The translations under genes and the position numbers were made by a program. DNA of 64,000 bases from Bacteroidota bacterium (GTDB taxonomy: Bacteria; Bacteroidota; Bacteroidia; NS11-12g; UBA955), in NCBI GenBank assembly GCA_025354385.1, contig JANXMZ010000061.1:12440-76439 (forward strand). The letters are read 5' to 3'. The notes under the pieces are model-generated. The model saw only the letters and a program-made list of their open reading frames with translations. It was not told the DNA's origin and did no database searches. Shown one piece after another: positions 48,672 through 59,034 of the stretch (positions are counted from its first letter, which is position 1; each line of letters starts with the position of its first letter).

Positions 48672-48938
48672 ACATCACGGGTCGCACCCCGTGATGTAAA
48701 AGCCAACTAATAGTTATGAAAAAAGCCCGAAAATTTGATTTCGGCTTTTGCTAACACGGGGTGGAGGCAATGGGCAGAATGTCGAACTTCTAAGGGCATT
48801 CAGTTTAATTGAAAATACTGCCCTGTGTTAGTGCCCCTCGCAACACTCGGGGCACAACACAGGGCAACTAAAACAAAAAATCCCGCTTTTTGCGGGATTA
48901 TGTTTTAGTAAGTGGACCTAATGTGTCAAATGTCGAAC
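48672..48938. repeat. Two tandem units of REP-like hairpin, terminator-like hairpin and GTGGA-N15-GTCGAAC (att-like)
   Basis: Hairpins 48672-48697 and 48819-48866; terminator-like hairpins 48721-48749 and 48879-48899; GTGGA...ATGTCGAAC at 48761-48787 and 48912-48938. Confidence 0.7.
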
Positions 48939-48975
48939 CTTTGGGATGAATGTAATTACATTAAAAAAACATAAT

Positions 48976-50565
48976 TTATTGAAAATAAAGTACTCGAATT
49001 GCGTTGACATTTAAAGACTCGAATTTGAAATATAAGTAACCTTTTATATTTTGTGGTATCTTAATTTCTAACTTATCTATTTTATCATATGTTTGTTCAT
49101 ACACCATCTGACCAATGGCATTATATACTTTTAATTTCCCTGATTCTTGCTTTGAAAATGCAACAAACACATTCCCTCTTGATGGATTTGGATAAATTAA
49201 GAATGGAAATTCATTTTGATAAGTTTGTTTTATTGCTGTGGAATGGGCAATAGGGTCCCAATTTTTCATAAGCACTGTATCAAAACTATTAAGGTTAATT
49301 AATTTGAAACTATCAATTGTTCCTTTACACTTATAGTCATAAAGTTTTGTTGGCACTTTTGATGTTACCAAATTTAGGGAATTATCAAACTTGGCCAATT
49401 CATAGGCAATGTCATAATCATTTTTATACTTATGCATCAGTACTAGTAGATGTCCATCGGAGGTATTAATTGCATCATTAAAGTGATATTTATAGTTAGC
49501 TGTATCACCATAACTCATCTTTTTAAGTTCATTGAAATTAGTGTCTACGATATAAAACTCAACTTCATTATTACCAGTTATAAAATAATCGTTCCAAGGT
49601 TCATAATTGACAATTGCGATAAATTTTTGTTCATCTATTTTTTTCAAGTACTCTATAGCCTCTACTCCATAACCATCACCTCTTCTAACATGGCCCATAT
49701 CTTTATAATCTATTCTTTTTAAATTGCTATCATATTTAACAAAGACCATAGGATAAGCTATATCATTTCTAATTCCGGGAAATACTCCCCCAGAAATGAG
49801 ATTTTCATTAGATAAAAATATAGGTGATGCCAATATTATAGGATGAGTGTTTGGAATCTCAAAAGGTTTAAAATATTGTATTTTAAATTTAGATAATGTA
49901 CTATCATATTCTATTTGAGAAGACCCTAAATCATAATTTGTAGAATCTGGTTTAACTCTGAAGGCCCATGAATCAAAATTATAAAATTTTCCATTGTAAT
50001 TTAATGTCTTTTTATAAAGAGGTTCTGCTGGTATTCTGTATTGTTTATCAAATTTTTTAGTTACAAAATTAAAAATACCAAGATGAGAATATAAGAATTC
50101 ACCAGTTCTATAAGAATTTCCAGATTGAACAATAAGCAATTTTCCATTACCCAATTCTGAAACATCATTTACCCAACTTGAAGATTCAATTCGAAAAATG
50201 GTCCCCCATTCTTGCTCTCCACATGGATTTAGTTTACAAAGAAATCCATCGCCCCAAATTGGGTCAAATAAATAACTTATTCCATATACAAAATACCCAC
50301 CATCACTCGCTTGTTTAAAACTTAGATAATTTACTTCTACTTTTGAATTAAAACCTCTGGTCCATAATACCTTACCATTGGCATCCATTTTAAAAATATC
50401 AGGAATGGTATCATGCCCGCCAGTTATTAAAATACCACTATCATATGAATTCTCAATTCTAAAGGGGTAGCAGTCTGCTTGACCAGATGGTTTAAAGGTT
50501 AGGGGAAATTGAGCATAAATTTCCCCTAACATCAAATTAGTAACTATAAAGATTAATTTTTTCAA
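48976..50565 (-). CDS. T9SS CTD protein (beta-propeller-like)
   Basis: Signal peptide, KMDANGKVLW and KLNPCGEQEW repeats, CTD IYPNPSRG...VYNAIGQMV. Confidence 0.85.
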   Translation of the reverse strand: MKKLIFIVTNLMLGEIYAQFPLTFKPSGQADCYPFRIENSYDSGILITGGHDTIPDIFKMDANGKVLWTRGFNSKVEVNYLSFKQASDGGYFVYGISYLFDPIWGDGFLCKLNPCGEQEWGTIFRIESSSWVNDVSELGNGKLLIVQSGNSYRTGEFLYSHLGIFNFVTKKFDKQYRIPAEPLYKKTLNYNGKFYNFDSWAFRVKPDSTNYDLGSSQIEYDSTLSKFKIQYFKPFEIPNTHPIILASPIFLSNENLISGGVFPGIRNDIAYPMVFVKYDSNLKRIDYKDMGHVRRGDGYGVEAIEYLKKIDEQKFIAIVNYEPWNDYFITGNNEVEFYIVDTNFNELKKMSYGDTANYKYHFNDAINTSDGHLLVLMHKYKNDYDIAYELAKFDNSLNLVTSKVPTKLYDYKCKGTIDSFKLINLNSFDTVLMKNWDPIAHSTAIKQTYQNEFPFLIYPNPSRGNVFVAFSKQESGKLKVYNAIGQMVYEQTYDKIDKLEIKIPQNIKGYLYFKFESLNVNAIRVLYFQ

Positions 50566-50819
50566 TTTCTTACTAAAAAAACATACTTCAATAATATACC
50601 ATTAGTACTAATTAAACAAAAATAATATCCATTACTCAATAATGAGGTATTTATTGATAAGACATTATTGCCAGTTGTAACCATTTGATTGGATTTAATT
50701 TGACTTATGCCATTGAAATCAACAAGTTCAATGTCAACTGTAGAGATACTTGCTTCATTATTATCAATTGATATATTTAAAGTATTATGAAATGGATTTG
50801 GACTAAAGCTTGCGCGGTA
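50562..50819 (-). pseudogene. Orphan 3' fragment of a T9SS CTD gene
   Basis: Minus frame SFSPNPFHNTLNISI...LVDFNG...LSNGYYFCLI...KYVFLVRN*; its TGA overlaps the TTG start at 50565; the N-terminus is missing. Confidence 0.75.
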
Positions 50820-50824
50820 AATAA

Positions 50825-51310
50825 CATAGACTTCATTTAGGCGAAAAAAAAGAGGAAATAGATATTCTTAGTAAAAAACTTGAAGATAATAATAAGTCAA
50901 TTGAAAAGTTAGAAATTAGATTTATATATGAGGAAATCAATAAAGAACTTTACGAGAAATACACAGAAAAACTTAAGGAAGAAAACAAAGAAATTTCTCA
51001 AAAAATTGCACAAAGTCCCATCAATGTGTCTAACCTCGAAAAGGCAGCATCAGATGCACTCGAATTTTGTTCAAGACTCCCACATTTGTGGAGTTCTAGC
51101 GATATCCAACTAAAAAGAAAAATTCAAACTTTCGTATTTCCTTCGGGTATATTATTTCATGAGGAAAAAAGTGAGTGTCGAACCAAGGAAATAAATCCAC
51201 TCATCTCTTACATACAAGATGTAGCAATGGATTTCACGGATAAAAAAAAAAGGACACATCGATTAATTTGTGATGTGTCCCTTTTGGTGGAGCTGCAGGG
51301 AGTCGAACCC
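50825..51310 (+). pseudogene. C-terminal remnant of a large serine recombinase-family gene reading into ssrA
   Basis: Open frame from 50825: coiled coil LEIRFIYEEINKELYEKY, KRKIQTFVFPSGILF, CRTKEINP, then SLLVELQGVEP (antisense of the tmRNA 3' end); no catalytic domain. Confidence 0.7.
51242..51280 (-). terminator. Terminator after tmRNA
   Basis: GGACACATC...GATGTGTCC stem with a poly-T tail on the minus strand. Confidence 0.75.
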
Positions 51311-51653
51311 TGGTCCGGAGCAGGAAATGATAACGCTTTCTACATGTTTAGTAGTAATTATTTTCGGGCGTTGAACGGTTTACCACCTACCATTTCAAAA
51401 CCTTATGTCGCTTTGTAATCCATTAAGACGCAACCGCTCCTAGTAGATATTCAGGTCTGTCGACCATCTTAACCCGGCACCGACCCAAACAAAGGCACCG
51501 AAGATGGATAGCGTTGCTTAATCCTAGATTAGGCAGCCATTGCGAAGTTATTGTCGCCTCTTAAAATTTTGAATGTTGAGATTAAAGCGCCAGCAAACAA
51601 AGCGCTACATGCTTACATCTCAGTTGCACCGCCCGTCAATTCCAGTCAGCCCC
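51285..51653 (-). ncRNA. ssrA: tmRNA
   Basis: 5' GGGGCTGACTGGAATTGACGG; 3' GGTTCGACTCCCTGCAGCTCCACCA; tag ORF 51558-51529 GDNNFAMAA*; TATCTTTG promoter at 51693-51686. Confidence 0.96.
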
Positions 51654-51806
51654 ATTGTTGATGTTTCCTAAAAAAAATAGGAGTGCAAAGATACGACAAT
51701 TTGATAATTTGATGGTGTGTTAATTTGATGATGTGAATACAAATTCTAATTTTAAAACAATAAAAATTTTAAAATACCTCAATTCAATATCTTTGCCCTA
51801 CAATTT

Positions 51807-53006
51807 ATGAATTTAAAATTCGGTATTCTTCGCGAAGAAAAATTACCTTCGGATAAACGGGTTCCTTTTACACCAGCCCAATGTGCTGCTATCAAAGATC
51901 ATTTTCCATCAATTGAAATTTATATACAACCTTCGCCCGAACGCTGCTTTGCCGACGAATTATATGCCAAAGTAGGTATTACTGTTAAAGAGGATATTAG
52001 CCACTGCGACTATCTCTTGGGCATTAAAGAAGTGCCTGCCGAAGCACTTATTCCAAATAAAAAATATTTGTTCTTTTCGCATACTATCAAAAAACAACCG
52101 CATAACAAACACCTTATGCATGCTTTGATTCAAAAGCAAATTACGATGATAGATTATGAAACACTGCGTTGGAAAAATGGTGATCGTGTATTGGGATTTG
52201 GTCGTTTCGCAGGTATTGTAGGGGCTTATAATGGCTTACTTACTTGGGGTAAAAAATTCAATACATTCGAATTAAAACCAGCCTACCTCTGCCACGATTA
52301 TGCAGAAGTGAAACGCGAATTAAAAAAATTAAAACTTTCCAATATAAAAATAATCTTGACTGGCAATGGACGCGTATCTTTAGGAGCCCTCGAATTATTA
52401 AAAGAAGCGGGTATTAAACAAGTCACCGCTGCAGATATTCTTACTAAAATATTTTCTGAACCTGTTTTTGCAGAATTATTTACCGAAAATTTATATGAAC
52501 GTATTGATGGAAAACCCTATGATAGAAGCGACTTTCACCACGACCCTACCCGTTACCGCTGTGTGTTCCGCTACTATTTGCCCTTCTGCGATTTGTTGAT
52601 GAATGGTATTTATTGGGACGACAAAATGGATCGCTTGTTTGCGGCCAATGAAACCCGCTTGCCAACTTTCAAAACTAAAGTTATTGCTGATATCAGTTGC
52701 GATATTAACGGCAGTGTGCCTATCACTTTAAAAGACACTAAAATTACAGCCCCTGTTTTTGGATACAGTCCTACCACCATGGATGTATGTGAACCCTACC
52801 AAAATGACAGCATAGATATAATGGCCGTTAGTAATTTACCAACAGAATTGCCCAAAGATGCCAGCGAAGGTTTCGGACAAATGTTAATAGATTATGTGAT
52901 TCCTGAATTAATGAAGTCGCATAGCCACATTATTGATGCAGCCACTATTTGCAAAGAAGGCAAACTTACCCATGATTATGAATACTTGGCTGATTATGCC
53001 TATTGA
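51807..53006 (+). CDS. Saccharopine dehydrogenase / lysine-ketoglutarate reductase (AlaDh/PNT family)
   Basis: REEK..DKRVP, GIKEVP, FFSHTIKKQ, IDYE, ADISCD, MAVSNLPTELP.DAS. Confidence 0.85.
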   Translation: MNLKFGILREEKLPSDKRVPFTPAQCAAIKDHFPSIEIYIQPSPERCFADELYAKVGITVKEDISHCDYLLGIKEVPAEALIPNKKYLFFSHTIKKQPHNKHLMHALIQKQITMIDYETLRWKNGDRVLGFGRFAGIVGAYNGLLTWGKKFNTFELKPAYLCHDYAEVKRELKKLKLSNIKIILTGNGRVSLGALELLKEAGIKQVTAADILTKIFSEPVFAELFTENLYERIDGKPYDRSDFHHDPTRYRCVFRYYLPFCDLLMNGIYWDDKMDRLFAANETRLPTFKTKVIADISCDINGSVPITLKDTKITAPVFGYSPTTMDVCEPYQNDSIDIMAVSNLPTELPKDASEGFGQMLIDYVIPELMKSHSHIIDAATICKEGKLTHDYEYLADYAY

Positions 53007-53067
53007 TTACTGAGCTTCATCTAAATATAATCCTATTTAATTTAAAAAAGTATTTAATTTGCCCTTT

Positions 53068-54897
53068 ATGAAAGCAATGAAGCGCATTATCCTCCTCATC
53101 CTCCCCTATAAAGGTTTGGCTGCGCTTAACATGCTTTTTAATTTGATTCAAATTATTGCAGGCCTTTTCTCTCTAGCCCTTTTGATGCCGCTGCTTGATT
53201 TCATGTTTAATAACAACAAGGAAGCCTTTAAAACCAAAGCGGTAGCAGCTGGTGGTGGCTCGGATTTTAATTCCTTGTACAATTCATTTATTACTTGGAT
53301 GACTGAATATGTGCAGGATGATAAAAAAGAGGCTTTGCTTCTCATTTGTATTGCACTTATTATAGCAACAGTTATAAAAAATGTGTCCCGCTATTTGGCT
53401 CTTTATTATTTGGTGATTTTAAGAAATAGGAGCATCCAAAACATTCGCAAAAATATTTTTAATAAAATATTAGCGTTGCCATTGTCATATTTTAGCAATG
53501 AAAAAAAAGGTGATTTAATATCGCGCATGAGCAATGATGTGAAAGAAGTAGAATGGAGCATGATGTCGTCTTTAGAAGCCATTTTTAAAGAACCTGTCAC
53601 CATTATTTTTTACGTTGGCACTTTAATATTTATGAGTCCAGGGTTAACCCTTTTCGTTATAGCACTATTGCCAATAGCTGCGGGGTCCATTGCTTTATTA
53701 GGACGCTCGCTGCGCAGAAAATCAAAACGCAACCAAGAACAACAAAGTATGGTACTTTCATTTTTAGAAGAATCATTGGGTGGCATGAGGGTTATTAAAG
53801 CCTTTGTAGCCGAAAATGTATTCATGCAAAAATTCAATGTATTAAATGACAACTCCACCATTGCCAATATCAAGGTAAACCACCGTGGCGATTTGGCCTC
53901 TCCTATTTCCGAAACGCTCGCCATTATTGTGGCAGGGGTTATTTTATGGTTTGGCGGCAATATGGTATTTGAAGGAAAGCTGGTAGGTTCGGCTTTTTTG
54001 GCGTATTTCGCCATCTTCAGTCAAGTGATACCTCCTTTTAAACAACTGTCGCAAGCCTTTCCAATGGTGCAACGCGGTGCTGCTAGTTTAGATCGCTACG
54101 AAGAAATTCTAAATGCGGATATTAAGATTATTGAACAACCCAATGCCGAGACTATAGACAAAGTTAATCATGCGATTGAATATAAAAATGTCAGTTTTGC
54201 TTATGGACATGAAACTGTTTTGCACCAAATTAATTTTACGGTTCCTAAAAATAAAAAGGTGGCGTTGGTAGGTGCAAGCGGCAGTGGCAAAAGTACCATT
54301 GCCGACTTATTACCACGCTTTTATGATGTTGCAGAAGGCCATATATTGATTGATGGCAAAGACATCAAAACACTCACTATAGATAGCTTGAGGTCTTCAA
54401 TGGGTATTGTTTCGCAAGAAGCCATTTTATTTAACGATACCATTGCTAATAACATTATTTTTGGATTAGAAAATATTAGCCAAGAAGCTTTGGAGGAGGC
54501 CGCAAAATTGGCCAACGCCTATGAGTTCATTGTTCAAACAGAAAATGGATTTGATACTATAATTGGCGAAAGGGGGAGCAAATTAAGTGGTGGTCAACGC
54601 CAACGCTTAGCCATCGCACGGGCTTTATTGCGCAATCCTGCTATTTTAATTTTAGATGAAGCTACCAGTGCTTTGGACAATGAAAGCGAAAAATTGGTGC
54701 AGCAGGCTTTGGATCATTTACGACAAGACCGCACCACTTTAGTCATTGCGCATCGCTTAACCACTATTCAAGATGCCGATGAAATTATTGTTTTAGACAA
54801 GGGACATATTATTGAGCGCGGCAATCATTCGGATTTAATGGAAAAAAGAAGTGCTTATTTTAAATTATACAATACCTATAACGATGGTAAAATTTAA
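53068..54897 (+). CDS. ABC transporter, fused permease/ATPase (MsbA-like)
   Basis: TMD plus GASGSGKST, LSGGQRQR, ILDEATS, IAHRL. Confidence 0.93.
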   Translation: MKAMKRIILLILPYKGLAALNMLFNLIQIIAGLFSLALLMPLLDFMFNNNKEAFKTKAVAAGGGSDFNSLYNSFITWMTEYVQDDKKEALLLICIALIIATVIKNVSRYLALYYLVILRNRSIQNIRKNIFNKILALPLSYFSNEKKGDLISRMSNDVKEVEWSMMSSLEAIFKEPVTIIFYVGTLIFMSPGLTLFVIALLPIAAGSIALLGRSLRRKSKRNQEQQSMVLSFLEESLGGMRVIKAFVAENVFMQKFNVLNDNSTIANIKVNHRGDLASPISETLAIIVAGVILWFGGNMVFEGKLVGSAFLAYFAIFSQVIPPFKQLSQAFPMVQRGAASLDRYEEILNADIKIIEQPNAETIDKVNHAIEYKNVSFAYGHETVLHQINFTVPKNKKVALVGASGSGKSTIADLLPRFYDVAEGHILIDGKDIKTLTIDSLRSSMGIVSQEAILFNDTIANNIIFGLENISQEALEEAAKLANAYEFIVQTENGFDTIIGERGSKLSGGQRQRLAIARALLRNPAILILDEATSALDNESEKLVQQALDHLRQDRTTLVIAHRLTTIQDADEIIVLDKGHIIERGNHSDLMEKRSAYFKLYNTYNDGKI

Positions 54898-55342
54898 AAA
54901 CAAAATCATTATTGGAAATTCTGATAAAATTGATTTTCTAGAACTGGGTTTAGAAAACATAGGTTGTAAAATAGATACTGGTGCCGATACCTCCTCTATC
55001 CACTGCCACCATGTGCGTATCAGAGAAATTAACGGGGAGGAAGTACTTGTATTTCGCCTGCTCGACCCACGACATAAAGCCTACATAAAAAAAGATTGTA
55101 TCACTAAATTTTTCAAAGAGAAAAAAATAAAGAATAGTTTTGGCGATCGCGAATACAGATACTTTGTTAAATTAAAAATTACTTTATTTGGTCAGGAAAT
55201 AGAAACAGAATTTTCTTTGGCCAATAGGGCTGATATGAAGTTTCCGGTATTGTTGGGCAAAAAATTATTAGGGCAATTGTATATGGTAGATGTAGCTCAA
55301 AAAAATCTCTCATATAATCACAAAAAAAACAAGCGACCATGA
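54884..55342 (+). CDS. RimK-associated retropepsin-like ('ATP-dependent zinc protease' family) protein
   Basis: [21 protein letters not shown]; upstream of rimK. Confidence 0.9.
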   Translation: MVKFKNKIIIGNSDKIDFLELGLENIGCKIDTGADTSSIHCHHVRIREINGEEVLVFRLLDPRHKAYIKKDCITKFFKEKKIKNSFGDREYRYFVKLKITLFGQEIETEFSLANRADMKFPVLLGKKLLGQLYMVDVAQKNLSYNHKKNKRP

Positions 55343-56223
55343 ACATCGTAGTATTATCGCGCAATCCAAATCTATACTCTACCAAGCGCTTGATAGAGGC
55401 AGCAGAGAAAAGGGGTCACAATGCCCAAATCATTAGCCATACACATTGTTATGTGGTGATTGAAAAAGGAGCTCCTACCATTTTTCACAACAATAAATCT
55501 TTGCTTGATATTGATGCTGTAATCCCACGTATTGGCGCCTCTGTTACTTATTACGGTTCCGCCATTATAAGACAATTTGAAGCACAAAAAATATACACTT
55601 CATTAACTGCTCAGGCTCTTATAAGGAGTAGAGATAAATTAAGAACGCTGCAATTGTTGAGCATGGAAAATATTGCACTTCCAAAAACGGTATTTGCCCG
55701 TCACCCAGATGATATAGATCATGTGATTAAACAAGTGGGGGGAGCTCCATTGATAATTAAATTAATTGAGGGTACGCAAGGCTTAGGTGTTGTGTTAGCT
55801 GAGACCAAAAAAGCTGCTAAAAGTGTTATAGAAGCTTTCTATGGTATGAACGCTAACTTCCTAGTGCAAGAGTTTGTTAAAGAAGCAAAGGGCAGCGATA
55901 TACGCGCTTTTGTTGTTGGCGATAAAGTGGTAGGCGCCATGGTTCGTCAAGGTAAAGAAGACGAATTTAGAAGTAACTTACACAGAGGTGGCACGAGTAA
56001 AGTTGTAAAATTAAGCGATGATGAAGAAGAAGTAGCCATTAGGGCCTCTAGAGCACTTGGATTAAACATTGCGGGTGTAGATATGTTGCCAAGCGAAAGA
56101 GGTATGTTGGTGATTGAGGTTAATTCTTCGCCAGGTTTAGAAGGTATTGAAGCCGCTACTGGCAAAGACATTGCGGGTGAAATAATTCACTTTATTGAAA
56201 AGGATAAAAAACGTAAAAAATAA
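55339..56223 (+). CDS. rimK: Ribosomal protein S6 glutamate ligase (ATP-grasp)
   Basis: [49 protein letters not shown]. Confidence 0.96.
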   Translation: MNIVVLSRNPNLYSTKRLIEAAEKRGHNAQIISHTHCYVVIEKGAPTIFHNNKSLLDIDAVIPRIGASVTYYGSAIIRQFEAQKIYTSLTAQALIRSRDKLRTLQLLSMENIALPKTVFARHPDDIDHVIKQVGGAPLIIKLIEGTQGLGVVLAETKKAAKSVIEAFYGMNANFLVQEFVKEAKGSDIRAFVVGDKVVGAMVRQGKEDEFRSNLHRGGTSKVVKLSDDEEEVAIRASRALGLNIAGVDMLPSERGMLVIEVNSSPGLEGIEAATGKDIAGEIIHFIEKDKKRKK

Positions 56224-56287
56224 AACTCGATATTTATTTTAGAGTAAAATCCAAACCCATTCGTCTACCATATATATTGACGAAAAA

Positions 56288-56848
56288 ATGGAACTCATAA
56301 TGACGGAAACAAAGCCGAATATTATACAAACTGTAAACAGTTATGGCAAGCAGTTGCTAGGCTTTATAAGAGGCAAGGTTAAATCTGATGAAGATGCAGA
56401 AGATATCTTACAAGATGTTTGGTACCAGTTGAGCAATTTAACTGAGCTCGAAACCATAGAGAGCATGAGTGGTTGGCTTTACCGCGTTGCCCGCAATAAA
56501 ATCACCGATTTATTTCGCAAAAAGAAAAGCGATTCACTGGAAGATTTCACCTTTCAAAGTGAGGATGGTGAATTGAATTTTAAAGACTTGTTATTGGCCG
56601 AAACAAGAACACCGGAAGATGAATTTTTCAAGAAAATATTTTGGGAAGAGTTAATGGAAGCTCTAGAAGAATTACCCGAAAAACAAAGTGAGGTCTTTGT
56701 ATTGAATGAAGTTGAAGGCATGAGTTTACAAGCCATTGCTGATTTAAAAAAAGAAAATCTTAAAACCATTATATCTCGCAAAGGTTATGCGACCAAATAC
56801 TTGCGAGAGCGCCTAAATAATTTATATCACGATTTTAAAAACTATTAA
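56288..56848 (+). CDS. ECF sigma factor
   Basis: DAEDILQDVW, WLYRVARNKITD, LEELPEKQ, TIISRKGYA. Confidence 0.94.
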   Translation: MELIMTETKPNIIQTVNSYGKQLLGFIRGKVKSDEDAEDILQDVWYQLSNLTELETIESMSGWLYRVARNKITDLFRKKKSDSLEDFTFQSEDGELNFKDLLLAETRTPEDEFFKKIFWEELMEALEELPEKQSEVFVLNEVEGMSLQAIADLKKENLKTIISRKGYATKYLRERLNNLYHDFKNY

Positions 56849-56858
56849 TATTACTACC

Positions 56859-57182
56859 ATGAGATTATCAAAAACAAGCAAATTCATATTCCTCCCCATT
56901 TTAGGAGCAGGCATCATAGCGCTATTGAGTTATTTAGTCATGTATTTGTGGAATGCTATTTTACCACAAGCATTAACGATTGCAAAACCTATTGATTTTT
57001 GGCAAGCTGCCGGTTTATTAGTACTTTGTAAAATACTTTTCGGAGGCTTTAAAGGTGGCCCAAACAAATACAAAAATGGCTATAACAAGCGTAACGAATG
57101 GAAAGAAAAAATGCAAAACATGAGTGCCGAAGAAAGAGAGCAATTCAGAGCAGAATGGCGAAATCGTTGTGGCAGAAATTAA
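56859..57182 (+). CDS. Hypothetical membrane protein (ECF-associated)
   Basis: VMYLWN.ILP, FWQAAGLLVLCKILFGGF, MSAEEREQF. Confidence 0.85.
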   Translation: MRLSKTSKFIFLPILGAGIIALLSYLVMYLWNAILPQALTIAKPIDFWQAAGLLVLCKILFGGFKGGPNKYKNGYNKRNEWKEKMQNMSAEEREQFRAEWRNRCGRN

Positions 57183-57206
57183 ATTAAAAAACTTCAAACA
57201 TTCGGA

Positions 57207-57237
57207 AAAGGAAATCAAAATTTGATTTCCTTTTTTT
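57207..57237 (+). terminator. Intrinsic terminator
   Basis: AAAGGAAATCAA-AAT-TTGATTTCCTTT followed by a T-run. Confidence 0.75.
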
Positions 57238-57313
57238 ATTTTTAAATAATTAAAGTATTTTTTTGAATCATGCGTCTTCCTTCATATAATCAACAATTAA
57301 AATAAATTCAAAA

Positions 57314-57598
57314 ATGAAACAATTTTTTAAAACCGTTTTGGCCGGATTCTTAACAGGCATTGCCTTGTTTATTTTGCCATTTTTTCTAGTTCGCGTATTT
57401 GTATTCTTCCTGTTAGTAGGTGCTATTTTTAAACTCATGTCTGGTGGCAGAAGAGGCATGCATTACCGTTATGCATTTGCTCACAAATTCCGCAATATGA
57501 GCGAAGAAGACCGTAAGACTTTTATGCAGAAACACGGCGGCAGATGCAGCTATTACGCAGACAATGAAAACACCAATAACAACGAAACAACAAAATAA
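57314..57598 (+). CDS. Hypothetical membrane protein
   Basis: Two TM segments, then RNMSEEDRKTF (echoes the preceding gene). Confidence 0.8.
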   Translation: MKQFFKTVLAGFLTGIALFILPFFLVRVFVFFLLVGAIFKLMSGGRRGMHYRYAFAHKFRNMSEEDRKTFMQKHGGRCSYYADNENTNNNETTK

Positions 57599-57605
57599 TT
57601 AAATC

Positions 57606-57770
57606 ATGAAAAAAGGAGCAAAAATATTCGTATTCCTAACAGCCATGCTGTTAACTGTGGCAGGATTAAAAGCCGCTAAAATGCACAGAATGGGTTATCA
57701 AAATGGAGGCGCTTGTCACTCGCAAAACATGCAACAACCTGGGGGCATGGACTGTCACAAATTTCAATAA
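57606..57770 (+). CDS. Small hypothetical protein (54 aa, not in ORF track)
   Basis: MKKGAKIFVFLTAMLLTVAGLKAAKMHRMG...CH...CHKFQ*; 7 bp after the previous stop. Confidence 0.6.
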   Translation: MKKGAKIFVFLTAMLLTVAGLKAAKMHRMGYQNGGACHSQNMQQPGGMDCHKFQ

Positions 57771-57827
57771 GGATGGTTTGTGCTAGCCAACATCGTCAAA
57801 TTTTAAATCCTTCCCATCGGGAAGGAT

Positions 57828-58487
57828 TTAGGATGGGCGCACGATTTTAAATCCAAAGTATGGACTTTTAAAAGCGCCATAAACACGCAACCAAACTGGC
57901 AGCATCATCTCGGTACCGCGGGCCGAGCTGATATCACCAAGGTCAATAATATCAGTCCAGCCAAACTGATTCAGAATTGTAACCGCTTGGGTTTTGGCTT
58001 CCGCATTATTACCACTCACAAACATGGTAACATCTCCTCCACTTTTATTGGCATTTACCATCACATCTGCAGTTACAATATTTAAAGATTTTACAACATG
58101 TGCTTCTGGTAATAATTGCTGAATAGCTTCACCTAAGGAATTGGTATTGCAATATTCTGGATTCAATGTTGGTGGCATTCCTTTTGAAAAATCCAACGCA
58201 TTGCTAATATCAAGAATGGTCTTTCCCTTAAAATTTTCGGTGCCTGCCTGTTTAAAAACTTCTAAGGTTATTTCGCCTTTGGTACAATTAAATACGAGTT
58301 CTCCGAAAGCAGCAGCATCTGCAAATGTGCCTGTACTGGCAAGGTTGCCATTTTCTGCAACCCATGCCAAAGCTTTTTCATTGTTGTTGGTTCTACTGCC
58401 CATCATTACTTGATAGCCCAGTTGAATTAATTTGGATGCGATGGCCTTTCCAACCATGCCAGTTCCTAAAACGCTTATTTTTTGCAT
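57828..58487 (-). CDS. NADPH-dependent F420 reductase-like oxidoreductase
   Basis: GTGMVG, GSR, DISNAL, SLGEAIQ, VVKSLN, DLGDI. Confidence 0.9.
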   Translation of the reverse strand: MQKISVLGTGMVGKAIASKLIQLGYQVMMGSRTNNNEKALAWVAENGNLASTGTFADAAAFGELVFNCTKGEITLEVFKQAGTENFKGKTILDISNALDFSKGMPPTLNPEYCNTNSLGEAIQQLLPEAHVVKSLNIVTADVMVNANKSGGDVTMFVSGNNAEAKTQAVTILNQFGWTDIIDLGDISSARGTEMMLPVWLRVYGAFKSPYFGFKIVRPS

Positions 58488-58593
58488 ATTTTTAAAATTG
58501 GTTTATTACTATAGTTAGTATAGTTGCAAACTTAATGACAGTTATTTACCTTTGCAATAGCTGTCAAATTTGACAGTACCAAAAATATAGATT

Positions 58594-58965
58594 ATGATTA
58601 TAAAAGGGAAGGAATTTGTTTATAAAATTAAGGGTGAAACCTTTCACTGCGCAATGGATGTTACCATGAATTTTATTGGTGGCAAATGGAAAACAGTCGT
58701 ACTTTGGTATCTGCGCAATAAAACACTGCGCTTTGGCGAACTTAAAAAACAAATTCCAGATATCACAGAAAAAATGTTGAGCATTCAATTAAAAAAAATG
58801 GAAGCTGATGGTTTATTAAAAAGAGATGTATATGTCGAAGTGCCTTTGAGAGTTGAATACTCCCTGACTGATTTCGGAAAAAGTTTAACCCCTATTTTAG
58901 AAGCCATTTCAAAATGGGGCAGAAATTATGGTGATACAGAGGGTCAATTAAAGGAGGTTTTTTAA
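58594..58965 (+). CDS. HxlR-family winged-helix regulator
   Basis: IGGKWK, RFGEL, ITEKMLSIQLK, VPLRVEYSLT; divergent from the oxidoreductase. Confidence 0.94.
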   Translation: MIIKGKEFVYKIKGETFHCAMDVTMNFIGGKWKTVVLWYLRNKTLRFGELKKQIPDITEKMLSIQLKKMEADGLLKRDVYVEVPLRVEYSLTDFGKSLTPILEAISKWGRNYGDTEGQLKEVF

Positions 58966-59034
58966 AAGAAAGTGCTTGTGAAATAATTTGTTTTCAATAA
59001 ATGAAACCTCATTTATTTTTAAAATTATTCTTTT

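Noticed and set aside
51026-51418. Intact 130-aa gene
   Set aside because: The frame is open upstream to 50825 without a proper start, and its last third is antisense tmRNA; treated as a pseudogene.
57805-57837. REP-like palindrome AAATCCTTCCC-ATC-GGGAAGGATTT as a mobile element
   Set aside because: Single copy in the window between convergent genes; adequately explained as a bidirectional terminator-like hairpin.
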